The position numbers and the translations under genes were made by a program. The notes beneath the pieces were generated by a model. The model had not been told where the DNA came from, did no database searches, and saw only the letters and a program-made list of their open reading frames with translations. Of a stretch of 64,000 nt of DNA, positions 33,291 through 46,410 are shown in pieces. Source of the stretch: the human T2T-CHM13v2.0 reference genome, Homo sapiens; NCBI RefSeq assembly GCF_009914755.1, contig NC_060926.1; one strand, given 5' to 3'. How positions within the stretch are numbered: position 1 is the stretch's first letter; the number at the start of each line of letters is the position of its first letter.

Positions 33291-34151
33291 TGGACTAATC
33301 TCCGTGTTAAATTGCTCAGAGAAGGTAAGGTAGGGAGGCAGTTAAGTAAACAAATAAGTAAAATACAATATAATGAGGATTTTAGGTGTCTGAACAGAGA
33401 GAGAATATCCAGTTATGTCTCCTGGTGGACGGACAAGGCAACTTTAAATTGAGCCTTAAAGGACAGATAGGTGTTTGTCTGCTATACAAACGGGTTAGGG
33501 TCGGGACAGGGCAGGGGAAGCATTCCAGAACAGAGGCATAAAATAGCAGGTATAAATCTGGAGAAGAAATTTTAGAGGAGTACCAACACATGAGGATATG
33601 GACTAATTACAGAAAATAGAGTTGTTGTCCTCCATGTGTGTTACAAAGTTGCTGGTTTAATACAATCCTTAAAGCTAGGTTATGGTAGTTGTTATTCATT
33701 ATAACTTGTTTGTCTCTGCTAATTGAGTATCTTTTCAGGCACTCTGCAGCCTAAGTGCAAATTAAGTAAACTCTCTGAGCTTTAGTTTTCTCAAATATAA
33801 TTTAGTTATAATTCCACTTACTTTGCAATGTTATTTTAAAGGTGAAATTAAATGTGATGGCTGATGCTGTCTCACTTACCTATCTTTTCTAATGCTCCTT
33901 ACCCAGGTAGTTTCTTAAACAAATATTATTTGAACACCTGATATAAGTAGGTCCTTGATTACTTATGTATGAGAGATGATGTTAGGAACAATAGTTTCCC
34001 CTTTCACTTGGACTTCCTAGCACAGGGAAGATTTCCATTTAATATGAAAAAAGTCACTCATTTGGATCATTCTATTGTTTGACAATATTAGATAAAGGCA
34101 GGATTACTGTGATTAACTTATTCCCTTGTTAAACAATATGCACTGAAATAC

Positions 34152-34645
34152 TGTGTGTGTATATATATATATATAGAGAGAGAGTATGCATATATATACT
34201 AATATGTACAGTAAATGAAATAATATATATACTATACTATATATGCATATTTTATATATAGTCTTTCATATTATGTATATATTAATATATAATAGTATAT
34301 ACTAATTAGTATTATACTTTTTTAGTAATATACTAGTATATACTAATGAGTATTATACTATTTTTAGTAATATACTATTTAATTAATGCTATAATTAGTA
34401 TTTATATATTAGTATGCATATATACCATTAGTATATATAATATGCATATATACTATTAGTATATGTAATATGCATATATATACTATTAGTGTATATAATA
34501 TGCATATATATACCATATATGCATACTATATATAGTATATATGCATACTGTATATAGTATGTAAATGCATACTATATAGTATACATATGCATATATACAT
34601 ATATGCATATGTATATATGTATATGTATGTACACACACATACATA
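34152..34645. repeat. AT-rich (TA)n / TATGCA low-complexity repeat
   Basis: Repeated atatgcatatatactattagt units ending ~120 bp from the exon 21 donor. Confidence 0.9.
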
Positions 34646-34749
34646 AACAGCCTATGTATTTATGTAAACAGAAACAACTCATAATTTCTACATACCCATT
34701 GTTTTTATATTTTAAACCCCATTAAAAAATAAGAACATTATAAAGTTTA

Positions 34750-34884
<135 letters not shown>

Positions 34885-36189
34885 CTATAAAAATAACATT
34901 TTCATTAATTGTGTCAATAAAATGATGAAGCATAAAAGGAAAAAGTCAATTCTAAAACTCACTAAAAGCAACTCAACAGGAACAATAAGATGGTATATAC
35001 GGAGTTGTGTAGTCAATGCCTAAAAATAGGGTAAGATGGATGTTTCTGTAAGGAAATAGATTTAAAAGAAGGTTAACCAAAATAAGAAGAAATAATGTAA
35101 GCAAAGTAAGTTGTTTATTCTATTTGAATAGAAATCATGCATATGCTTTTCACACTTTTGTAATCAATTGCTTTGTAATTCCTTATTAAATCTAAAAATT
35201 TAATTAGAACAATGGTGAACATTTTAATTATAAAACTCAGGTCAAAATGAAGTGTGTGATTCTGAAGCTAAGCCCTAAAAGTGTGGTATTCACTCAACTA
35301 AATCTATGTCTTAGTATAAATCTTATTAAAAAACATTTTGAAGACTCATGATTTTGAGTTGGGGCAAATTCTCAACAAGATTGCTTCTGCCCTACAATTT
35401 CTAAAGATTAGCACCAAAGATCTACCAAATAGTTTTTCATGGGAGAAAAATCACAATTGTACTGAAGAGAGAATGAGAGTAGCTGATCTCATTGGCTTCA
35501 CAATCAATATAGATATAATAAGAGCTTCATCATGTTAGATAGATCAGCCACAATTACCATAACCAGTATCCAAAAGAAATTTGAGTTCTTATCGTAAATT
35601 ATCTTAAGAAAGAACATGAACAGCAATACAATCAATACACATTTTAGTTACAAAGCAATGAGCTCCTCCATGACCTTAGATCTGGATCTATAAATATGTT
35701 TACTCTCTGAATTAGTTCCATGGAAAATATTCATTTGCCTCACATCCTGTGTAGCAGGAGACGATGTCTAAGAAAAATGTCTGGAATGCAGTTCTTCATT
35801 ACGAATAAGTTAGTGACTGAGAGATTCAATTTTTCGAGGGAAGAATAGGAACAGATGAGAGCCAACTTTATATATTTATCTATTTCAGGCGTAGAAAAAG
35901 TCATTGTTCACAAAAAGTTCATTGCTGTTACCATCAGAGACAGGTAAACTGACTGATGAAGCGGGAAGTGTTTTAAAGTGCTCATCCTCATGTAGTATTT
36001 CCAGATGTCTCACTAAATGTAACATGGCTTTTTTTTTTAAATTCCTAAAGCTACGTATTTAGCAGAATAAATTACTCCTCATGCCACTCTTAAATTTGCC
36101 CAGTCATTCACATCCATTATTTTCCACTTAAGAACACTTGAAAATATGTATGCTCCCTCTTTAATCAGAAAATTTTTTTTTTAATGTTT

Positions 36190-36601
36190 TGCTGTGGTTT
36201 GAATGTTTGTCCCTTTTGAAACTCATGTTGGAACTTAATTCCCAATGTAACAGTATTAAGAGGCAGAGCCTTTAAAAGGTTATGAGGTCATGAAGGTTCT
36301 GCCTTCATGAATGGAATATAGAGTAAGGGCTTAATGGGTTATCATGGGAGTGAGTTAGATATCACAAGAGTGGGTTTATTATAAAACCCAGTTTGGCTCT
36401 CAGTGAACACCCCTCGCCATGTGATGCCATGAGCTGCCTTGGGACTCTCTGGTGTGCCCACCAGCAAGAAAGTTCTCACCAGATGTGGACCCTTCACCTT
36501 AGACTTCCCAGCTTCCAGAACTTTAAGAAATAAATTTCTTTATTGAATACTTTAACCAGTCTCAGGTATTCAGTTACAGCAATAAAAGGTAGACTAAGAC
36601 A
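36190..36601 (+). mobile_element. MaLR solo LTR (MST-type)
   Basis: TGCTGTGGTTTGAATG...GACTAAGACA; AATAAA near the 3' end; near-TSD TGTTT/TGTCT. Confidence 0.87.
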
Positions 36602-36884
36602 TGTCTGTTATAATTGATACAGCCCCTAAAATACTAATAGGTCTGTTCTCCAAGCCACTGTTAAGTGAGTTTTATGACACGGAATATATGCATATTATTA
36701 AGACTATGGTATAGTTTGTAACTGAGAATATATATGCATATATATTCACATCTTTCTATAAACACACACGTATATATACAAATATACGCCTGTACTGAAG
36801 AACACTGTTTAATCAAGTAAGTTTCAAATAACCCAGAAGCCTGCAGAAATCAGACAAGTCCATTCTCTGAGTAGCAAATAATAT

Positions 36885-37075
36885 AAGTAGTTCTGAAATC
36901 TGAATATACAACAGAATCATCTGTAGGGCTTGTTACAATGATTTGCCACATCCAACCCCAGAGTTTCTGATTCAGTAGGTCTTGGGGTTGGGGGCAGAAT
37001 TTGCATCTCTTATGAGTTCTCACCTACATGTGCCAACGTTTTCAGTTTTGAGACCATCCTTCAAGAACAACTGCT
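36885..37075. mobile_element. MER5A-like
   Basis: ccccagagtttctgattcagtaggtct...agaatttgcat motif. Confidence 0.75.
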
Positions 37076-37809
37076 GTAGATAAGTTTCTATACTTTTCAG
37101 AAAAAAAAAAAATCAGCCACTCCCCCAAATCTGTGTCCCAAAATTTGCATCTCTGTCAGCAAGAATATTGTGTGGAGCTTTACTCTCTGTGCTTTGCATT
37201 ATATTTGTTCGTTTCCAAAATATTAAATAATATTTCAAATTGGAGTTGTTTATCTCCCTGATTTCTGCACATTACATACCCCTGAACAGGAGGTTATACT
37301 CACTGAGAATCATCACTTTAAATTTTCAAATAAAACAATTTCCATTATTAAACAGCCATATCTCTTAATTTAAAATAAGTTCAATTTTACTTGTAAACCT
37401 TCATTTCTTACACTGAATGATGAAAATGAGTGTATTTGTGATAATATTTTAAAGATTTTAAAATATCTAAAATATTGTATAATTTTTTAAGAGAGAGACC
37501 CCGTCATATTTACAGTTTAAGAGAAAAGAAAATCTACATTCCTTCTATAATTTCTTCTTATTTGGGGCAGCCTTTCTTCAAAACTACTATATTACAAAAA
37601 TACCCATTTTATCATTTTTCATTTTTTAGGCAGTAACTAGATAACTTGATATATGAATGATTAATTGAAAAATAGCAAGAAATCATTACTATATCCGAAG
37701 TTAGAATTCTCATAGAGGAAACCTAAGATAACACATATAAGGTGTAATATATAGCTATGTTAAAAATTTTTTCACATTACATATTATAGAAAAAAGTTAT
37801 TGTTTTTAA

Positions 37810-38160
<351 letters not shown>

Positions 38161-39425
38161 TGAAGCTTTGAATAACAGTTGAGAAATTGAACTTTTGAGT
38201 AAATATGACTAATTTGGTAACATTTTGCAGTCAGATTTTACTATGTATGATCATGCTTACTTGTGATTTTCTAATCCACATATGATGCTGTATGAATTCA
38301 ACTTTTCTTAAAAGCTCGATAATGCAAACCCTTGGTTAAATTTTAAAGCACTTATTGGCATATACAAATTTGCGTGTTGACCTCTAATTATGTCAGGCAT
38401 CATATGGAAAACAAATCTCTAAAAACTATGACTGATTATAGGATGTTTCTTCCCTAAACACAAAGGTTAGGTTTCTGAAAATCTAGAAGAATTAGTAAAA
38501 GATAAAGAACATATCATTCTGAGAAAAATAAGACTGGGAGATTGAGGTTATAAAATAATGTAAGAAAGCCATTTTAATTAATACAAAATATGTCATATAT
38601 ATTATTAAGTTATATTATTAAAATATAAAATAATTAGAGTACATTCAATGAAATGATAATAATGGGTATTGTACCGTTAGTTTCTATTTGAGAGTCCTTG
38701 ATCTCACCGACTATTTTAAGATTTCTTCTCTATCTCAATCAGAAGCCTGTAAAAATATTTCTACTTCGTTAAAATAATATGTAAACTAAAGAATTATTAT
38801 GTATTTTCCATCATCCAAGTATTCAACAGTTCTTTGAATTTATTATCTAAAATTATTACATTAATAATAATGCCTACTCCTCTGCCCCACTGCCATTCTG
38901 GAGATGAAGGGCAAGTCGCATATTTGAGATAGAGACAATTGTGTCTCATTTTGGTTTTTCCTATAATTGGGTCTGAGATAGATATTTTAAAATTTCATGA
39001 CTTCTCTCTCCCCAAATACAAAGTTAACTTTGTATTTGTATAATGATTTTTAGAAAAATTTTAGCTCACATATCAGCCAACTTGATGTGCCCCTCATCCT
39101 CTCTTATCTTCCAATTTTACATTATGAATAATCATCATTTCCTCTCTTTAATCTGTGTCTCTGCCCTTTTATCATCTCCTACTTCTAAATTTTGTTTTAT
39201 TCTTAACAAGAATGACATTCAAATCATATTTTTTAAAAAATCACATCTCCTTTGCAGAAAACATAAAAAACTCAATTATAAATGTTACAATGTCACAGAA
39301 ATAATTTACATTTGTTGAACGATTTCTGTTCTAATATTCCTCACAGATATATTTCCACTGGCTGTGTTAATATTTCTAAAAGAATAAACCTATAGCCTGA
39401 AAATATATGAAGCTTAACAAAATTA

Positions 39426-39704
<279 letters not shown>

Positions 39705-40386
39705 TCAAGTTTCAATCATGCACAACTTAAGCTTCATGATTCATTTAAAAAAAACAGGAAAAATACAATTCTAATGCTAAGACTGCTGAAACATAATATT
39801 GACATGGGCCAGCTGACATTTTTTCTGGTTTACAGTTATCATATAACAGTTAGTTCTAGCCTTCTCACCAGTGCTGCTGCTGGTCTTCAGAGGTCAAGAG
39901 AAAGTGCAAAAGAATGAAATTACTTATAATCCACAAAAAGACTCATGATCTCTGACACCTGATCATTTCCACCTCCATCTGATTCCTCCTCTTTCTCCAT
40001 TAAAATTGGATAAGTCCTAGTAATTTAAGACATGATCCCATGGCCAGCCACTGTTATAAACTTTTCATATCCTACACTCCCCTTTTTCCCCACCAGTAGG
40101 ATGTGGAGCCTGTCTTTCAGCTCTCAAATGCTTGTGCATCCCAGTGCCTAGCACCATGTTAAGAACAGCAGCAGGAAAGGAAAGATTTGCTAAATGAATG
40201 ACTGCAGTAGCTTAATAGGCCTATAGAACACAGAGGGTGCTTTTTCCTTTGACTATTCATCCATATATTATCCTTCAAAGCTTCAGCTCTAAAAATCACT
40301 GTTCTATTCTCTCCATTAATGCGGTGCTTCCTATGCTTTCCAAGAAATTTTAGTAAGTGACACACAACATTATGTGACAACATTAG

Positions 40387-41492
40387 GTGAGCTCTATCTA
40401 ATGTAGGGCTTACGCTTTACTGTTACTAATTTTGGTTATCACTCATTTACTCCTATTTTGTGTATGCTTTTCTGTCTGAGGAGCCACAACACAGTGAAAG
40501 GACAGGGTGACTTTGACTTTAGACTTCAGCCACATGTCCCTTGACAAAGAATTTGAAAGGACTGAAAAATTGGGCTCATTGTTGCAGTGAGCCAAGATCA
40601 CGCCACTGCACTCCAGCCTGGGCAACAGAGCAAGACTCTGTCTAAAAAAAAAAAAAAAAAAAGGCTCATTGAGACACTGAAAATGATTGCTGATCTCAAC
40701 AGGTCTAAAGTGTTAGAACTTTCTCTTTCAGATCGAAACACTATTAACCCTGTTGGATAAAATGAAAGTCAAAGACCTGTATCCTTCGTGGTTAATATTA
40801 TATTTATTACCTGTCTACAGTCATGAACTTGTGCCATTCAGATTCTTCTTATTCTACGTTCTGCTATCAATACTCTAAAATTATCCTTAGCAGTTTTGGG
40901 AAACTGTTGGTATCAATATTGAAGAAAAGAGACAAGTTGGGGCAGAAAGACTGAATGGACCTACTAAGATGCAAAAAGAAGGTCCCAGCAGTTGGCAGAG
41001 GTTCTGAAATTCAATGGAATTGAAGTGCAGAGGGAGGCTTCTAGCCCTCAGAATTTTCCTCCCCTCCACTCCACCCCCAAATTCTGGAGGAATCAGGCAA
41101 GCCATCTAAACCGAAACTATGGCAATGACTCAGTCCCTGAAATACAAAGACAAGGAAGGGGCTTAGTCACAAGGAAAACGAAGCCTGTTTCTAGAACTGG
41201 TGTACAGGGTCAGAGCAGAGCCGCAGGAAGTCTTGATGATGAGAACCTCTCTCTGACTGGTCCCAGAGCAGGAATTAGAATTCAGCCCACAGGGGTTCTA
41301 GCTTCCAGAACCAATTTTGTGGATGTAGGAGCAAGGAGGCAAGAATGACCTTATGTGAGCTCTATCTGATTTAGGACTTAACGCTTTACTGTTACTAAAT
41401 TCAGTTACCACTCATTTATTTCTGTTTTGTGTATACTCTTCTTTCTGAGGAGCCACAACACAGTGAAAAGATATGGTGACTTTGATTTTAGA
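40387..41492 (+). repeat. Diverged ~137-bp direct repeat (40387-40523 and 41355-41492)
   Basis: Both copies read GTGAGCTCTATCT...ACGCTTTACTGTTACTAA...TCTGAGGAGCCACAACACAGTGAAA...GGTGACTTTGA.TTTAGA. Confidence 0.9.
40582..40662 (+). mobile_element. Severely 5'-truncated Alu
   Basis: Alu 3' end plus poly(A), flanked by GGCTCATTG on both sides. Confidence 0.88.
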
Positions 41493-41684
41493 TGTCAATT
41501 CAGTGATAGCTCTGTCATTTACTAGCTTTGGGACATTAAGCAACTTTTAAAACTGTACCCAGCTTCATCATTGGTAAAATAAGCAAAATATCATAATCTC
41601 ACAGGGTTGTTTGAAAATTAAATGAGAAAATCTAAAAGAAGATTCTGAAACACAATAAGTATAAGCTAAATGAGAGCTATTACT

Positions 41685-41770
41685 TCTTTTTAACTTTTAT
41701 TTTAGGTTTGAGGGTACATGTGAAGGTTTGTTACATAGGTAAACACGTGTCATGGGGGTTTGCTATACTT
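41685..41770 (-). mobile_element. L1PA 3'-end fragment
   Basis: acttttattttaggtt...gggtacatgtg...tttgttacataggtaaac. Confidence 0.8.
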
Positions 41771-41979
41771 TTAAAAAATCTAGTTTAATTGGCAACCTGT
41801 CTAAGTACAAACACCAGCTTCTTGAAATATCTTTCCCTTTTCTTCCTCATATGATTTATTTAAAATACACTTTTGAGAATGCCCTCCCCAAATGTCTTCC
41901 TCTGTTTTAGACATTTTGAACAAGGAATTACTCCAAACTTTAATTTTTTTGTAATCTCCTCTCTGAAATTCTCAGTCAC

Positions 41980-42580
41980 ATATGTGAGTCAGCATGGGAT
42001 AAACCTCCTTAGTTACTAGGAATACATTGCATGGTAGACACTATCATGATTTCTACTTGGATGACTCCAGGTAAGGAAAATAGAGCTTTTCTGATCACAT
42101 TTTCTGTTTCTGAGAGTTGAGACTTGATAGGAAAGGAAAGCCACAGTGGGTCCCTGCAGGTTGTTGGGGAGTGTGCCAAGAATGCCAGGCTCTGCCTGCT
42201 CCTTACCTAGGACATTCCTCAGGGTTGTGTTTGCAGTGAGCAACCTTGAGACATGAGGTAGGGTCTCTGGGACAAAGAGCAGGGTTGCTTATGTTGCTTG
42301 GTATAAAAGGAAGCATTCCCTAAGCTCAGTGTTCCTCAGCTGTGACATCAATCCACTATATGTGTACACACTCATTCAGGCTCATATAATGCCCCCATGA
42401 GACCTGGGTAAAGGGGGAACCAACAGAAACATGTTGAAACTCATGCTACTTTCCACGCATAAGTAACAAAGTCCTTTATCTCTGACCCAAGCACCTCATA
42501 TCTTCTGCCAGCATCCATGAAACAGTATCAGGTCAACCTATTAGCATATAAGTACAGTAAAATCAAAGTCCAAACTCATG
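41980..42580 (+). mobile_element. Probable old solo LTR (ERVL-type)
   Basis: GC-richer island with TATAAAAG (~42303) and an LTR-like taacaaagtcctttatctctgaccca region; boundaries uncertain. Confidence 0.5.
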
Positions 42581-43258
42581 AAGACTGTCTATGAGGCAAG
42601 TTACAAAGTTCTTGAGTATTCTATTTTTAGTATAATGAAACTTCCAGTGGTATATCTAGCTAGATCTGGGCTCCTAATGGCTTCTAATGGCTCATTTCTG
42701 TCAGCGTCAGCAGGAAAAATGACAATTAAGAAAAAGGTTCAGGTAGCTTGTAATTCTACTAGATCTCTTTCAACTCTCATGGAAGCTGCTTGTATGTGTA
42801 CAAGAATGAGAAACTTGTCCTACTTTTATCCTAAAACTACCATCTGTTTTCCCTTTTTATAACACACAAGATGCTTCACAAGCTGACCTTGCTTTCTCAT
42901 AGTATCTCTGGCCACCTGTACTTGTTCTTCTTCCCACCACACTTGCAGTTCAGCAGTTTTTAATTTCCTGAATATCTGATGCTGTTTTATGCCTCCTTAC
43001 GATTGTATACTTGTTCCCCTCAGCCTGCCTTGCCTAACTAGAAAATTCCTATTCGTCTTTCTAGACCCTGAAAAGCACCATTTACGTTTCTGAAATTGCA
43101 AGCAGACAGTTGTTCTCCTTGCTACAGAACTTTGTCACATTTATACTTTGCTTACAAACACATCCAAGCTCTACAGTTACTCATTTGTATTCTTCTCTTC
43201 TCCATTGCTCTGAGCTCCTTAAGAATAAACAGTACCTGGATCTTATTTATCTTTGCAT

Positions 43259-43723
43259 TGTGAAAGTTGATCATACAAATTGGGTAGTTCTTGTCCTACT
43301 CAACTAACAGTCAACTAAGAGTCAAGAAGGCAGGGGGAAAAGCTCTCAGGGTACAAAACATTACTCCAAGAATTATAATTCTCTGCAAGACTGACTGTTG
43401 AAGCTGCTTGTTGTAACTTGAAATTAGTTTTATCTATAGCTTCTGAGGAAACCTGTTACACTCTAGGACTAATTGTGCCAACGACTGTTGCTCGCCAGTT
43501 GGAGCTTACCAGTTCCCCAGATCCTTACTAGGGCCAATGAACTTTCTCAAAGAGCAATATATAACATTTTCCCATTTTAATAAAACCTCTAACCTTCTCT
43601 CTTTGTTCTACAGGGAAAGTGCTTTCAGTTTATGCCACAGACTCTCTCCCTGTTTTGCAAACTGATATTGCCAGTAAAATTCTCTTTTCTATTATAGCCA
43701 TCTGGGTGGTCCTTTGGACAACA
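43259..43723 (+). mobile_element. ERV1-type solo LTR inserted in an L2 3' end
   Basis: TG...CA termini with a perfect 4-bp TSD GCAT (43255-58, 43724-27). Confidence 0.8.
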
Positions 43724-43925
43724 GCATTCAGGGCAGCAAGGATAATGCCTGGCATGTAGGAGTGCTCAGTAACTATTTACTGAGCTCAAGTAAAATTTTG
43801 TCATTGGCACTAATCATAGGGATTAATTCTAGGTAAAACAACTTGCCATGATATTTTTATCTTTTAGCTCATTTTAAAGAATATTGACTTAATCAATATA
43901 TTGACTTAGGTGTCAGATCATTTAC

Positions 43926-44080
43926 CAGGGCACCACTGCTGAGCAGGATCATGAGGACAATGAAGCTTTCAAACCAACTGTGTTCAACAATCTTGTAGCA
44001 GGTTTTCCTGATGTTCCACCAGATTTTTCCTTTCCCTGACTCTATGTTAACTTGGCAGCATGAGAACCTCCGTACACAAC
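43926..44080 (-). CDS. SCN9A: SCN9A exon 19 (155 bp), end of DII-III loop and DIII S1
   Basis: gtcag|GTTGTGTACGG ... GCCCTG|gtaaa; encodes (G)[51 protein letters not shown]. Confidence 0.97.
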
Positions 44081-44699
44081 CTGACAAGAAAGACATGCAT
44101 GTTAAATCTTGATATTCAGAATAAATAAAATTTTTAATACATTATTTAATGCAAACTGCTTTCTGTGATACTCCCTCAACCAAATAATTTCAACACCTAT
44201 ACTTGCAATTTCAGATAGATTTAATTTGGATGCTGCCTTCCTTCATCTTCTAACTTTGCATGATGTTTTCTAAATAGTTGTTAGTTAGTTTTAGCTTACA
44301 ATGTATTCTTGTCTTCTGTAATCCCCAATTTCTCTTCAGTCTCCTCCACAGTCTTTAAACCACTTTCATTTTATGTGTGAATGAATGAATGAACTAAAAT
44401 CTGAAGACGACATGAATTTTAGGGTCTTCTTTTCTGACAGATAAATTTTTCTAGTCTATAATTTTAGATACTTCCACTCCTCTATGGTAAAAACCCTCTG
44501 AAATACACCTTTCTAAACAATATTGAGAAAATTAGTGGAAACTCCTGAAATTAAGTTCAAAAGAAACTCATCTTGATTAGAAGATCCAGATGAAACTGTT
44601 TCAAGTATTCTAAGTTAAAAACAAATGTGACTTTAAATTTTTATGTACAAAATATACTGCTACAAAAAATTGAAAATTGTACTTAAAAATGGTTAGGTT

Positions 44700-45775
44700 T
44701 ATTCATTCATTAACGCTTTCTTTTGTCCATCAAACCCTTGTTACGTATCTTCTATGTATTCACCTCTGTACATGATTTCCTTTCCTCAGTGAATTTATGT
44801 TAGGTTTTGGTTAGGTAGATAAAAACAGAAATAAATGACTATAACTAGATATGGCAACTAAAGTGACAGATAGTCAGGGTTCATTTTGATAGCATGGAAG
44901 AAATCAATCTCACCTGGCTTATTTCTTGAGAAAGAGAGATCAGTAGAGGCTTCCTAGAAGAGATGGAGCCTGGGTTGAATCAAAATATCAGTAAAAAAGA
45001 GTTTGGGTGGAATTCCAGGCAGCAAAAATTGTTATGCATAGAAATTTAAACCAGTTTAGAATTGTGATGCAAGCAGAATGTACACAAGAGGCAAGGGTGA
45101 GAGGTGAGCTTAGAAAAATTGGTCAGATTATGGAAAGCATTGGCCTTTACCTTAAGGAGTTTGGCTTATATCCTATTGAGGTTGAGGAGTAAGTAAAGGG
45201 TTATAAGCAGGGAACGAGATACGCAAATTGCAATGTAAATAGATGTCTCCACGGTACATGGAGGATAAGTTGGAAGGGTGAATAGAGAGGAGTAGGGGTG
45301 AAGAAAGTTTCATACCCAGAAAACCATTTGGATTCTGGTCCAGTATCCTGTCTGGAGGGAAAGATTAGTTAGGAACTAGAGTTGTAACAGATTCAAGACA
45401 TATTTGGCAGATAAAATCAGCAGGATTTGGTGATTGATTGGATATCAAATGTAAGAGAAAGGAAGGATCCCAGGACTACCAGGTGGATGTTAGCAGTGAA
45501 TTGAAAACCACAGGAGGAGGAGCTGACTCGGCAGGTAATGATTTTGAGATGCCTGTGAATTGTTTAAATACAGATATCCTATAGATTTTAAAAATGGGGG
45601 TGGGAACCTGAAACGGGAAAAACCTGTCTAGAAAAGAATTCTTAGTAATAATTAGCATACATGTATCTGCTGAAGTCAGAACAGTTTTTGAGGTCACACA
45701 AAAAGAGTATTTAGGGTGAGCAGAAAAAGGGCCAACTCCGAAACATTCTGAAACAACAATATTAAGGGAGAGAAT
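44700..45775 (+). mobile_element. L2 fragment
   Basis: attcattcatt end motif, aaggagtttggcttatatcct and caggatttggtgattgattggat L2 motifs. Confidence 0.7.
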
Positions 45776-45777
45776 TC

Positions 45778-46410
45778 AATGGTGTGCTGAAAGCAGACCA
45801 TACCAATTCTTGTTGTTAAACTGTCAGAAATTCCTGCTTGTCTGTTGTTAAAAGCAGCCATTATTAAATATTTGACTATATAAACTTAGAATTCTATAAC
45901 TTACCTTAAGGAAAGGTAATAAATACTAAGACATATCACTTCCTAATTATTTTACTGTATTTTATTTGTCTATTCCGTTTGAATAGCAGAAGTATGGCAT
46001 ACTGTCGGGCTATTGTGCATCTCTTCTTTCTGGACGGTGGTCTATTCTCTCTGGATTATTCTCTCTGGACAGTAGTAATATGCTATACTATTGGGCTACT
46101 GTGCAACTCTTCTTTCTGGATGCTGGTCTATTCTATCTGGCCTATTCTATCTGGATGGTGGAAGTATGTCACACTGTTGAGCTACTGTGAATCTCTTCTT
46201 AACTCTGCATTTAGCAATTTCACATCAGTAGTTTGAAATCAGTGATGGTGGGAATCTTTACATTACAAAAATCTCCAAGCACTACAAATGAGAGCTTCTT
46301 GATTTTCTAGAGTAGAATTAAGAAGGTGATGGAGGAAATGCCAATAAAACAGATAAACAGTCAAGGTGTATTGTGTTTGTAGCCATTACTCTGAATAGCA
46401 CAAAAATTAA
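45778..46410. mobile_element. hAT DNA-transposon relic (MER63-like) with internal 86-bp tandem repeat
   Basis: TGGTGTGCTG terminus; repeat units start at 46000, 46086 and 46172. Confidence 0.6.

Noticed and set aside
40992-41348. 118-aa plus-strand ORF inside the duplicated-flank insert
   Set aside because: Starts at TTG, has no in-frame ATG or recognisable family; length is explainable by higher local GC.
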